A stretch of DNA of 63,202 nt, the filler included, from Perkinsus olseni (taxonomy: Eukaryota), in NCBI GenBank assembly GCA_013115125.1. It is 15 parts of 15 records of this genome, joined end to end, with 100 filler letters (N's around TTAATTAATTAA, not from the genome) between each part and the next. Parts side by side here need not be neighbours in the genome. Positions count along the whole stretch, not along the records: positions 46,626 to 50,702 come from JABANN010001318.1; positions 50,803 to 54,870 come from JABANN010001319.1; positions 54,971 to 59,036 come from JABANN010001320.1; positions 59,137 to 63,202 come from JABANN010001321.1; 11 more parts are not named here. One strand, 5' to 3'. The notes under the pieces were generated by a model that ran no database searches, had not been told where the DNA came from, and was given only the letters and a program-made list of their open reading frames with translations. Below, piece after piece: positions 47,339 through 59,267 of this stretch; position 1 is the stretch's first letter; each line of letters starts with the position of its first letter. Position numbers and translations under genes: made by a program.

Positions 47339-50300
47339 GTCGAAGGCCGCTAGTTGGTCACATTGCGGAGTCTCCTTGATGTAGCGCTCACGTAGATCAG
47401 CCTGTTTTTGACGCCAGGCTTCTACGTATTCCTCTACGCTCGACCGCATACGCTCTTGATAATCGGATAGAACTGGTAACAGACCTCGAGCGAAGGGTAG
47501 ATATTCGGCGTTGAGGTAGCGGGAGTCTAATTTATCGTAATCGATGGTAGATGGAGGCGCATCACCAGGTAGCCTCCCACCGTAGCTATAGTGTAGATAA
47601 CTTGGGCTCATGTAGGTCCAATGCTTAGGACTGCAATTATAGATACGGATGGCTAACATAAGGTTATATAGTTGCTCCATAGCATCCTCACTAGATCCGC
47701 TGATGGTGCGAGCAGTCTCTGTTAGATCACGATGTGCCCTCTCCCAAAAGGAGAGATGGGCTGAATAGCCAGGTAGGCAATACAACCGACACCGATGTTT
47801 AGCCATCATAGATATCACTGCCTTAGATAATATCGATCCATGAGCTTTGTCGCACAGGGCTACACTTGGCGGCCCATGTTCGCAGAATATAGAGTGGATC
47901 GCAGCAGCGATAGTAGGTCCTTTGCAGTTGCGTAGTGGTCTAGATGCGATAAAGCCGCTCACAGCATCTTGGCAGACTAGAGCATAATAATCCTTAGACG
48001 GGTCGAGTAGATAGGTATTCTCGCCATGAGAGTCTCCACCTCGATTCCGTGTAGATGCTCTTCCGTAGGGACCTAGGATATCAATCCCAACTAGTTGCCA
48101 TAGCTGCGTAACAACCATATCCTGGACCGCATTGTTAGCATATCGAATGGCTTTAGATGCCCTCGCCTTGAGACACAGAGTACAACTAGATGTCGTTTTA
48201 GATATGATCTTGGACAAGCCACGGCCCATGAATCGTCTCTGCAGGTAGAGACGTAGCTTCCGTCTCCCTGGGTGCGATAGAATATAGTGGTAGATCGCGC
48301 AGAGGAGGCTGCATACTAGGCGCGCATACCTTGATACGCCCAGATAGATCATACCATCGGCATCATCATCTTCACGTGAGGGCCCTTCATACCACGGTCG
48401 CTGCCTTATGATCCCGTTAGGATCTAGGTGACAGTGGTGCTCCATTCGATTGAAGGTAGTAGTTCTCATCCCTACTGACCCTCTAGGAACGTGTCCTGAT
48501 AGATAATCTCGGAACTTAGCAAGATCTTCGTCTTCAGACTGACAGCGTCTGAGGCAGGTATTTAGATCGTCGTTGAACTCGATGTTGTCCTGCAGAGAGC
48601 TTAGATCCGCATCGCTCCCTCTAGAAGTATCGATATGTCTTGCAAGTCTTCTTAATTCGTCCTTCATCTCAGCCGTCAGGTCTGTCTTGTCGATATCAGG
48701 GATATCTAGACCATCACAGTTGATAAGATGACATCCTCCACATAGATTGGGATCAGTCGTCTCACTCGGCGAAGGACATTTAGTACACCGGATCAATGAT
48801 CCGGGATCATAGCCATAGATTTTTGGCTAGGGTCATGATTTCCTAGCTCAGGCTGTTTGCCCTGACCGCGGCCCGCGTTCACGACAGTGCTAGTGGTCGT
48901 CGTAGATGTAGACTCACAGCCTAGGATAGTAGATCCAGTGGTAGAGGTAGATGACCATGAAGTTTTAGGTGCAAGCACAGCGAAGCACCCCGCGTTACCA
49001 ATAGTGCAGTCATGGTCTAGACTCGATGCTGCCGAACGGCAGCACCCCGCGTTACTGGTGTTAGTGGGTTCCGTTGGAGGAGCCCACCCCGCGTCGTTCA
49101 TAGATGACGCAATAGAGCAGTAGACTTCCCCATCGATCTTGAAGTCTCTCTCCTCGTCGGGTACATCATGAGGGTCAATGACCCTGGGTCATAGATGACT
49201 TTCGACGAGTCGATGGCCTCAGGTAGCTTAGTACCATCGAATATCCGTCCCATAGAGTAACGTGATATAGAATCAGCTGGATTGCAACCAGATGGTATGT
49301 GCCTAACTGTAGCGTTTAGTTGAGCACATAGATCACGTACAGCTTGTAGGCGACGTTTCTCAGGGCTAGGTAGCCGTTCGTCGTTAGCTGGCCGCCTAAG
49401 GCGATAGACGGTTAGCTCGGAATCGATGGCAACAACCAGGGGATAGATGGGCACTTCTGGACTCAGATTATTGACAGGGGCTTGGTTCTTCCCATAGACA
49501 GTAGTTATGGGTAGATACGCCGATAGAGTCCTCACCCATAGTAGACCACGATGGAGTGCGTCTAGCTCTTTCCTGGGAATAGACCAGGATAGATTTGCAG
49601 TAACGTAGAGGCCTCCTTTAGCAGAGAGCCGGACATCAGGATGAGACTTGAGTCGTAGATCAGCTCCCCAGGCATCTTTAGATGCGTCGGTGCTGAGGAT
49701 CAACTCGCTGTCATAAGGTAGATACCGTGGAGTAGATACCATCGTACAGATTCGAGTCGACTCACGAGTCCATCGAACAACATGTTGTTGTAGTTGATGA
49801 GAGATAGTCACATCCCACTCCTTGGTCTCTTGGCAAATGCTCCTCCAGATAGACCTGCCGAGGATATCATGCTCGATGAGCAGGCCAAGAGGATCATATA
49901 GAGAAGCCAAGGCGCTACTGGCAGAGCGCTTGGTCATAGATGTAGGTCCCAAGGGTTCTAGGCTGGGATCAGCAGACATAGTTGGGTAGAGACCGTCATT
50001 CGAAGGCAGATAGTCGTACCCTAATAGATGCCCGCGTTTCTCGATCCCCCCTTCGAGCTGAGATAGCCAGTTCTCAAATTTCTTGAGATCTTCAGCCGGT
50101 AGGTCATGCCCCTTGAGGACGTAGGATACGAAGCCATAGTTGCGTTGAGCTTCCGCAACCGAGGACCCTAGAACGTAGATGTCGTCCACGAACTTCAACA
50201 TCTTTATGCCGCTAGGTATCGGAGGACCGTTACATAGGTACTCGAAGGCCTTGTCAGAGGGGTAGAGTAGACAATCCTTAATCTTAGCGGCTTCTATAAC

Positions 50301-50632
50301 AGATAGATCTAACTCGACGGCGTTGCCATCGGTCTCACGCACTAGTTGCGTCAGATGGTAGATCTCGTCGGTGGCGTCGTCCACAGTGCTGTCCAGCATA
50401 TTAGGTGCTGATCTAGTTCCGAACCCTACGCGGGCCCATAGAACTGTAAAGGGTCCTATACAAGTGTATCCGACATAGGGGATATCACTGTAGTTAGATT
50501 GCATCCTACAGAATGCTTTACTTAGATCTCCAGCAACGAAATATTCAGATGATCGTAGCAGGAGTAGGGTACCGTGTAGGTTATTTTGAGGATGGCCGCC
50601 TCTCAGGGAGAATAGATTGGCCTCTCGATAAT
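47339..50632 (-). mobile_element. pol: BEL/Pao-like LTR retrotransposon pol (RT-RNase H 49098-50632, integrase to 47339), frameshifted; both ends cut by CTAG-element termini
   Basis: LDYR..N, DLSKAF, RVGFG, FVDD, LASLYDPLG, STDAS, SIPRKELDA, NPAD; integrase H..H..C..C, GIDILGPY, CD, FWER.H. Confidence 0.92.
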
Positions 50633-50702
50633 CTAGCAACACTCGCAGCTGAGCTGCTAGAAGTGTAACACAAGATCCGGAGATATTGGGCTGCGATGGA
50701 GA
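50633..50702 (-). mobile_element. Hairpin + CTAG element terminus, copy C
   Basis: Identical to 21171-21239; ends the contig. Confidence 0.8.
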
Positions 50703-52217
50703 NNNNNNNNNNNNNNNNNNNNNNNNNNNNNNNNNNNNNNNNNNNNTTAATTAATTAANNNNNNNNNNNNNNNNNNNNNNNNNNNNNNNNNNNNNNNNNN
50801 NNGTGAATATCTACGCATTACTGCTATCCCGATTGCCTCTCTCTCCCAATCTCCTGTGCACAGGCGGCTTCACAACAGGGAAGAATCATCTCGACGAGGC
50901 TGTGGTTGAATAATGCTTTGAGCAATAACAGAATGCCCCTGCACGAACAGTAGCCGGACTGTCCACGACCGAAGCCTTCCAAACTCACCCGGCACAAAAC
51001 TTTGTGTTGTATTACCATTCACTGTCGCTGGACAATATACTGGTAATCATCACCGGCATGTGCGAGAAGCTCCGACGAACGCCGACTAGAACCACAGAAG
51101 GAACCCGAAAGTTTCGACCTTGTCCAGAAACAAATGAGCTACCGCGGGAGCTCGCTGATGTTACTCGTATTTTCATGCTATACGATTCAGCCTCGGGTTC
51201 CGGTTGGGTTGGTGAACAGCCATTTGTCCAGTTCGAACGTTTTATAGAGATACGCGGTTTCTATTCAAAATTTAGCAAGAAGGCGCCTACTTATCAATTA
51301 TTGTGTAGTCATTGCTGGTTTCGACAAGCGTAGAAAGATATACACCAGTGTCATAACGCGTCGAACACAACAGCACTGACATAGAGTGTGCATGAGACCT
51401 TCATTACTAGGAGTAGGCATGCCGGAAGGAACATTGTGAATTCGATGGATGAATGATGATCACCTTGGCCAATAACAAAAGCAGCAATAACAGTAGTCAG
51501 TTTCATCAGAAGGATCTGTGCCGGCAGACGTGCGGTCCTCGGGTGTGGACGAGAGTCGGATTTGATACCCAGAAGACTCTTCCGCGGCTGGATCGTCAGT
51601 ATGCTGGTGGTAGACTGCCATGGGCGGCTGTGGGCTGAGAGTACGCTGAGACAGACCAAGGCGTGCATCAGTCAGCGGCGTATTCACGACGTAGGGGCAT
51701 ACCTTCCCGAACTCTACTTCTCGGCCCATCGATGCGCTACCGACGACCGTTGGGTTCTGCTACAAGCGTAGACAGGTTAGTGGCGAACTTCAGGTTTTCA
51801 CCCCTACTTTACGAGCAGATCCTGCAAGCTGTGGGTGACTGAGCCAGGGGTGTTGCAAGATGTCCAAACAGAGTGGCCTTCTCCGAGGATCAATCGATAG
51901 GCATCGTCCTGACAGACCACCTCTGAGATTTTGCGGCAAAGTTCACACGACGGACGAAGAGAATTTTTATCAATGCAACGTTGAAGACGCTGTCAAAGAA
52001 GACGGGACTGAGAAAAAATCGTGGACACGGTGGAATGGTCTAGTTGGTTATGACGACTGCCTAACACGCAGTAGGTCCCGAGTTCGATTCTCGGTTCCAG
52101 TAATATTTTCTTTTGTGAATAGCCAGTTAACACACGTTTTGCTCGAGGACTGATAATGCGGATTACACGGGGCGAGTCGCTCCTACAAGTGGCGACATGA
52201 TCTGTAATACACCCGCA

Positions 52218-53562
52218 TTAGGAATGGAAGCCAGTAACAGAATATGTACCGTTCGTCTTAGCAAGGGCCCCTTGCGGCAGACTTAGCTGCGAGTGGAAGC
52301 ATAGTCGCAGAGAGCCGAAGAGCCAACTAATCAACTCACGTATTAGATCGATAGCATCCTGATCCTTTATTTCTTGACTTAGTTTGGGCTCGGGGAACTC
52401 GCCATCTTTGCCCGGCCTCTCCGCGCACTCAGGTGGGCTCCCAACGAGCATCTGTGGCGAGAGGAGGTGGAAGGAGGGGATAGTCGTCATGTCGCTCGAG
52501 CAGCCCTCCTTAGGATCTGCTTTACCTCATGCAAAATCATGCCGAGGCCCCAAACGTCGGTCTTCTTCGTTTGCCGCGGTTCTGCCATGCACTGCATCTG
52601 CTGTAACTGGGGAGCGGCTCGAGCTGTATTCGAATTGGAGCGCAGTTCGAAAGCCTCACCACTTCGGGAGCCATGTACGACACGGTTCCGCACAGAGTCT
52701 TCAGTGAGCCCTGATATGTTACGAAACTGCGCCAGCTAATCGGCATTGATTCCGCACTCACCCACTCCTGGCATTTAGCTGTGCCAAAGTCGAGCAAGTA
52801 GATTGTCGGAAACTTCATGTCGCCTCGAGGCTCGACCTGCGCAACTAGATGATCACTTCTGTAGAACTGGTCATCACCACAACTTACGATCATGATATTG
52901 CCGGGTTTCAAGTCCCGGTGTACTATCCGATGGCTGTGGATGTGCCTGTTTGTAACAACAACGGAGGTTGTTCAGTACTAAGTTGCTCATGAGTGGCGTT
53001 AACAAGCCATCTTCTGGTAACAATCACTGAGCCGGCTAGCGATCAGGGAGACATCTCGGGACCACGAGACGCAGCTCACCTCACTGCCTTAACCAGTTGA
53101 CGGAATACATGCTTCACTCTGAAAAGCATTATCATTTGAGGTTGCAGAGGCCCTCGTCGCTCTCACATGACCGCTTCCTCGACGCTGTAGTTGGAAGGAG
53201 CCTCCCGATTCAGCCAAGAGGACAGGTCCTCACCTTCTACGTAGTCCAGTACCAGAAAGGTGTCGCCATTATCTGAACACAAGTTGGCGAACTGCGGGCA
53301 GGACTCCCACCGCCCTCTCACTGTCTTACATATATACGAGCCGTGCATGTCCACAACATTAGGATGAGGACGCTTGTGCGCCATCACATCAACCTCCGCC
53401 CGAGTCAGCTCACTGTCGCCATTCAGCCGTTTCAGTGCGTATCTTATTCACCGTAAGGTCGAAGACCAACACAGGGCTGACAGCACAGACTCTTTGCCCG
53501 TGTCCTTATGCACGGCCTTGTATACCGCCCCTCCACCGCCTTGACCGAGCTGTTCAATAACC
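52218..53562 (-). CDS. Ser/Thr protein kinase (CAMK-like), multi-exon with short introns; boundaries approximate
   Basis: LGQGGGGAVYKA, YALK, E.DVM..HPNVV, LVLDYVEG, IVHRDLKPGN, LDFG, CGT.SYMAPE, DVWGLGMILHE in order, split by ~50-60 nt GT-AG introns. Confidence 0.92.
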
Positions 53563-55909
53563 TGAACATTCAACGTGGCTTCGACGGAGGAAACCTGCTA
53601 CGCAACAGGTGTACCTCGAAGTCCTCGTGAGCGAAGGCAGGGGCGACTTCGTCTCCCCGATCCTCTCTATCAGAATCCTCAATCACTGGGAATATCGTGG
53701 AGCTCGGACTCTGGTTCTACCAAGGAGAAGTGTGCTAGCCAACTGGCTCGCGCACACCGTAACAGATTGGCCTTTAGTCAGGCAAAGCTGACAGCGTGTC
53801 ATGCCAACGGAGACAGTAAGACGACACAACCCCGATTGGCAGGATGCAGATTATACTCACCGAGCCAACCGCCGCGTCGACAAACCCTGGTTTACGGGTA
53901 TTGAGAAGGCGCAGTGTTATCACTAGTCTTTGACACATTAACGTATCACTTGTGACCTACCGACACAGCAGCCACGTTTTCTGTCTCAGCGTCATTCTCA
54001 ACGTCCATGAACATGTTCATGCACACCGCCTTGAGTAGCTGTCCAGAAGCTGATGACTCCGTCCCCAGCGAGGCGGGCTTGCGAATCTGTAAAATGGTCG
54101 GGGTCGTATATCAGGCCATCTCCAATCTCACTAGCGAATCTCCCCTGGGTTGCGCCCTCTCTCGGCCTTTTCCCTCCTGAGAGAAGCACGTGCGAGTTGT
54201 TGTTAAACTTGCAGCGTAAGTCCACTAGAACCGACCACCTGTTGCATGGGTGATCCCGTCGATACGGAAGCTCCTGTCGCACATTGCCCACTCATCAGCG
54301 ACGAGGTCTGACCGGGAGAACAGTAAAAGGAGGAATAATCAATATTGTGTTTTCTCAATACGGAATTCATACCATCTCTCTCCCATCTCTCCGGAAATGT
54401 TTTCAGCAGTCTTTCGAACGACCCCACCTCTAGTGGTTGCCGCGTATCGGCTGTGCTCGCTACTGTATGACGGCCGATTGGGGCTTCCTGCGTCGCCAAC
54501 GCCGCCTTGCCGTGGATGGTTATGTTCACTGACCCTGCCTCGGTTAGCATACGGTCCATTCACAGGGGCAATGATAAGCCGGGAAAATAACTCGATGGCA
54601 TGCGTGAATTCCGTTCAATCACTAGAGACCACGGCGCCCAGGCTAGAATGTCACTTGACCACGCCCACGAGAGAAACCATTCACTCCGGCTCATCATGGC
54701 CAGGAGCCACGGGACTGATACCCAACTCAATGATGTTCGTAGCAGGACCGAACCTCATGCGTATCCCGCTCGACGTGTCAGCCGTTGGTGGAGCAGTAGT
54801 GTTGTGACCCCATGGTTGGTGAACCCGACATACTAGACGTAGAATTGATAAAACCTTATATGTTTGTATANNNNNNNNNNNNNNNNNNNNNNNNNNNNNN
54901 NNNNNNNNNNNNNNTTAATTAATTAANNNNNNNNNNNNNNNNNNNNNNNNNNNNNNNNNNNNNNNNNNNNGAGTCTACAGGATGGTTAACCCCGGTGACT
55001 TCACTACTCCAGCGGCTCAAGCTGGTGGCGTGAGCGACACAGTGTCTCGTCTGGAGCACACCGGAGCGAGGCGCATCAGACATAGATAACCACACTATTT
55101 GAAGTGGATTTAACACAGTCTCAAAACTTACAATTGCAAGGTAGTGATATCAATAATATCTAGCGCTAGGGAGACAACGCAGCTGACAATGGGACACACG
55201 ACACAGTATTGAGAAATCGCAAGACAACAAGCCGCCATTCTATTGACCCTGTCTGCGATTCCATCGCCATCAGTATGCCTCCTTGGCACAGCAAGGGCTT
55301 CTTCGATGCTGACCGGTTTGCAGGAGAGGTTAGACGATATTTTTCGGACATCAGGGAGATAGATTTCTCGGCCCTTCACTGGGATCGAGTTGTGTCACTG
55401 ACACACCTGTTCTGGACAAGGGTCTGCGTGCAAGGCTTTACGCAAGTTGCAGGAAGACTGAAGTCCCACTCTACCGCTGAAGTGTATTCGCTATAAGTTT
55501 GATCGATCGAAAATATATGTATTATAGTGATCTGATGTTATCTGATTTCTTTCAGTTTCAAGTTATTCAAGGTTTCAAGTTTCGGTTCGGTTTGAGGATC
55601 GATTTCTATCGACCTTTGGCTGTCCTATTCATCTCCATCCTCTGTTATTGGTATCGATCGACAGTAACCAAACACCCTAATAACCGGCTAGTGCCACATA
55701 TCGTATTACTAAGTTAGCTGTTATACAAAGGAGCTGGAGTCGAGTTGGCTTATCTATTTAAAGCAGAGAGATATCGGTTTTGGTACAGTCATCCGAGAAA
55801 GACTGACTATCCACGTCGTGGATGCCAATGATCCGTTGTTGGTGGGAGGCTCCGACCTCGCCCAAGCGATGGTGAGTGAACGGTCGCAGGAAGATTGTCG
55901 AGAAGGAGG

Positions 55910-56220
55910 GTCCTCGTCGGAGGATAGCTGCAGTTCGGCAGAATGTCATGCTCTGAGTGTTGAGAACGGCGTCTTTGATGAGAGCCTTTGGGCTGGAACC
56001 CCAGTAGGGGAGAAACTATCGAGTCGACAACATCAAGGACGGGTTGCTCTACGCTCTGGGGAGCATTGTCAAGAGTCCTCGTCGGAGGATAGCTGCAGTT
56101 CGGCAGAATGTCATGCTCTGAGTGTTGAGAACGGCGTCTTTGATGAGAGCCTTTGGGCTGGTACCCCAGTAGGGGAGAGACTATCGAGTCAACATCAAGG
56201 ACGGGTTGCTTTACGCTCGA
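55910..56220 (+). repeat. 165-bp tandem duplication inside the LTR element
   Basis: gtcctcgtcggaggatagctgcag... at 55910 and 56075. Confidence 0.9.
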
Positions 56221-56244
56221 GACAGCAATGTCGAGACTGAGAAT

Positions 56245-56525
56245 ATCGATAAGGTTAAGAGCTTCGAGAGCATCATTGACATCGACAAGGCTAAGAGCTT
56301 CGAGAGTACCATTGACATCGACAAGGTTAAGAGCTTCGAGAGTACCATTGACATCGACAAGGTTAAGAGCTTCGAGAGTACCATTGACATCGACAAGGTT
56401 AAGAGCTTCGAGAGCACCATTGACATCGACAAGGTTAAGGGCTTCGAGAGCACCATTGATATCGACAAGGTTAAGAGCCTTGAGAGCACCATTGAGATCG
56501 ACCAGGTTAAGAGCTTCAAGAGCGC
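56245..56525 (+). repeat. 36-bp coding minisatellite, ~8 copies (IDKVKSFESTID)
   Basis: atcgacaaggttaagagcttcgagagtaccattgac repeated. Confidence 0.95.
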
Positions 56526-57811
56526 CTTCCAAGAGGACGGACCTGCTAGTAATATCGGGGTTGAGAATATCGAAACCAGAGCAGGAATCGAATCCGTCAA
56601 GAATCGAAAGGCCGGTGAGGAACTCCACTCGAGGCTGCCTGTTCAATATCCGGCGAACGGACTCCCGACGGTGGCGGTTCGACTGCAAGATCAGGTTACC
56701 AGTGTCGCGCTCCTAGACTCGGGCGCTACTGATGCCTTTGTCTCGGCTTACATCGTAAACTCGTCACGGTGGAAAGTGGTATTGCCTAAGTGGGTATTAA
56801 GAAGTTGTGCCCGGGTGAAGCCAGGGACGTCCGACACCGGTGACTACCTACTGTTCAGTGGCGATAAGACAACCCCTCATGGGGGAGGGCCGGAGACGGG
56901 CGACGTAGCCATCCACACCGCGGAAGAAGCGGGTATTGGAGCAGATGGAAGAGGTTAGTAAAGCTCCTCGTAAGAAGCTTTAGGGGGAGTGTTCTGGACA
57001 AGGGTCTGCGTGCAAGGCTTTACGCAAGTTGCAGGAAGACTGAAGTCCCACTCTACCGCTGAAGTGTATTCGCTATAAGTTTGATCGATCGAAGATATAT
57101 GTATTATAGTGATCTGATGTTATCTGATATCTTCCAGTTTCAAGTTATTCAAGGTTTCAAGTTTCGCTTCGGTTTGAGGATCGATTTGTATCGACCTTTG
57201 GCTGTACTGTCTTATTCATCTCCGCCTACTGTTATTGGTATCGATCGACAGTAACCAAACACCCTACTAACCGGCTAGTACCGCATATCGTATTACTAAG
57301 TTAGCTGGTATACAAAGGAGCTGGAGTGGAGTTGGCTTATCTAGTTATAGCAGAGAGATATCGATTTTGGTACACACCTTTTCTGTGTCACTGACACAGT
57401 GTCAGTGACAGAAAAGGTGTCTAGCAAGTTGAAGAACTTGGTGAAGGCTGGTGCGAAAAGCCCTGGACGAAAGAAGCGGAGTTAGAGCATGATTGGATGA
57501 AACGGCTTAGATGAGAATCATGTACGTAAGACCCGTGGACGAAAGAGGTGTGTATTAACGACTTGCGTAAAAAATTTTCTCTGCCGCCTCTACTTGACTA
57601 TTTATCTCCTCCCTGTAATGCTGGGGCTGTACATAGGATCGAACACGTGAACTTTGGAATGATAACCCGTTACCTTAACCTCCATACCACTTACACTACT
57701 AAACAAAGACTCACAGAGTGGCGCAAAAAACTCGCTCTCTATAGACATATTTTTTCCTTCGCTCCGCCATTGCTCTCAGCGCGCGGCCCAAAAAATGCGA
57801 CTCAACCAGCA

Positions 57812-58045
57812 TAGTGTACGAGTCGTGCTGGTGTACGAGTTGACGGTGTACAAGTTATATGTGTATGAGTTTTACGTGTATGAGTTTCATGTGTACGAGT
57901 GTTATGTGTACGAGTTTCAAGCCCAGTTTCAAGTGTACGGGATGACGGTGTATGGATTTAAGGGGTGAACGAGCATTCAGTGTACGAGTCGTGTACGAAA
58001 TGAAAGTGTACGAGTTTTGGTGTACGAGTCGTGATACAACCTACC
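57812..58045 (+). repeat. ~16-bp GTGTACGAGT tandem units, probably transposon subterminal repeats
   Basis: Direct reading; ends ..gatacaacctacc. Confidence 0.75.
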
Positions 58046-58444
58046 TTGCAAAGGTACTTTCCCTCTGACCCGTTGATATTTGACCGCCACGGGGTCCTCG
58101 ATATTCTCGTCTGATGTGGACACTGCAGCTGCTTCCGAAATGTAAGAGAAGAGCAGATAAGGGTCTAAACTTGTTATGCCGAACTCAGTTGATCACAGCG
58201 AGAATCCCTCTCATCGTGTGAGAGAATTATCCCCTCTGACTTGATGATTTTCGTCCGGCATCGCGTCGTCCTCGGTATTGTCCACTGGTGTTGAGACTGC
58301 GTCCTCTTCATGCTCGTCGACATCCGCGAACACTTCCAGTCTGCCATCAGCAGAACCTGCGGACAATTGAATTGTCACAATTCATCTGAAATGGAACAAT
58401 TGCACAAAGGGTGTTCCGGCGTCGAGCGGAGAGCACAGGCTAGG

Positions 58445-58814
58445 GGTGAGTATCACATCGTACAGTGTCAACTGGTACAGTTCTCAACTAGTGCGCAGCT
58501 AAAGTGGTACAATATTCACATTTCCACTAGCGCAGTTAACAGCGCGGATTATTCTTGTAGATGAGAAATGTTTACGCCGCGGCGCAAGATATGCTAAACG
58601 TCGGGCTTTACGATATGACACTGTACTGCTGGACACTGTAAGAGTCGACACTGTACGGAATAATACTGTACTAAGTGCAACAAGACGAAATGACACTGTA
58701 CGAAGACTGTACGACAAACTGTACGACTGGAAACTGTATGAGATTAAAGTGTACTTATTTTTGGTACACGAGCAGAATTTCTACGAGTTGCAACTGTACG
58801 ATATGATCCTCGCC
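58445..58814. mobile_element. MITE (~370 bp) with GTAC-rich TIRs, Mutator-like
   Basis: Left ggtgagtatcacatcgtacagtgtcaact vs right-end reverse complement ggcgaggatcatatcgtacagttgcaact; imperfect flanking duplication caggctag/caggcttg. Confidence 0.7.
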
Positions 58815-59267
58815 GCAGGCTTGCCTTCATTGAATAGTCGAGCGAGGGTCAGGCGGCCGCGCACATGACTAGGTTTCGCCGCACCTATTCGGCGGTAGCT
58901 GATCCCAGCCTAGCAGCCATGGACGCGACTTTTCGCGACCTTTTCTCGACCGGGAAAACTTTTCCCGATTTGCATCTTCTCGACCCAGATACAGTCCGAA
59001 GGGAGATTGGCGTCTTCGTCCGGTGTGAATCAATGCNNNNNNNNNNNNNNNNNNNNNNNNNNNNNNNNNNNNNNNNNNNNTTAATTAATTAANNNNNNNN
59101 NNNNNNNNNNNNNNNNNNNNNNNNNNNNNNNNNNNNTAGTAGTACAGGCTGGGGAGAAACGTCCGCTACCTGGCGCCAGCAAGTATTATGGTCTACTCCG
59201 GCCGCTCTCTAGTTGGGAGAGGAAGGATACCCCATCGCAACGTTGGGTCTACGAAATTCACTGGGAC

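Larger units (their letters stand above)
55408..57374 (+). mobile_element. Complete non-autonomous LTR retroelement: LTRs 55408-55787 and 56990-57374, CACC TSD, PPT 56982-56989, internal gag/protease remnant
   Basis: ~380-bp near-identical direct repeats TGT...ACA; CACC at 55404-55407 and 57375-57378; agggggag PPT; protease ALLDSGATD. Confidence 0.95.

Noticed and set aside
56245-56525. 36-bp periodic repeat resembling a CRISPR array
   Set aside because: Units are head-to-tail with no unique spacers, in frame in a retroelement ORF; no cas genes
55807-56716. Alternative-frame repeat proteins (LEALNLVDVNG.., TSTRLRASRVPL..)
   Set aside because: Shadow frames of the 36-bp minisatellite; the frame containing LDSGA is the meaningful one
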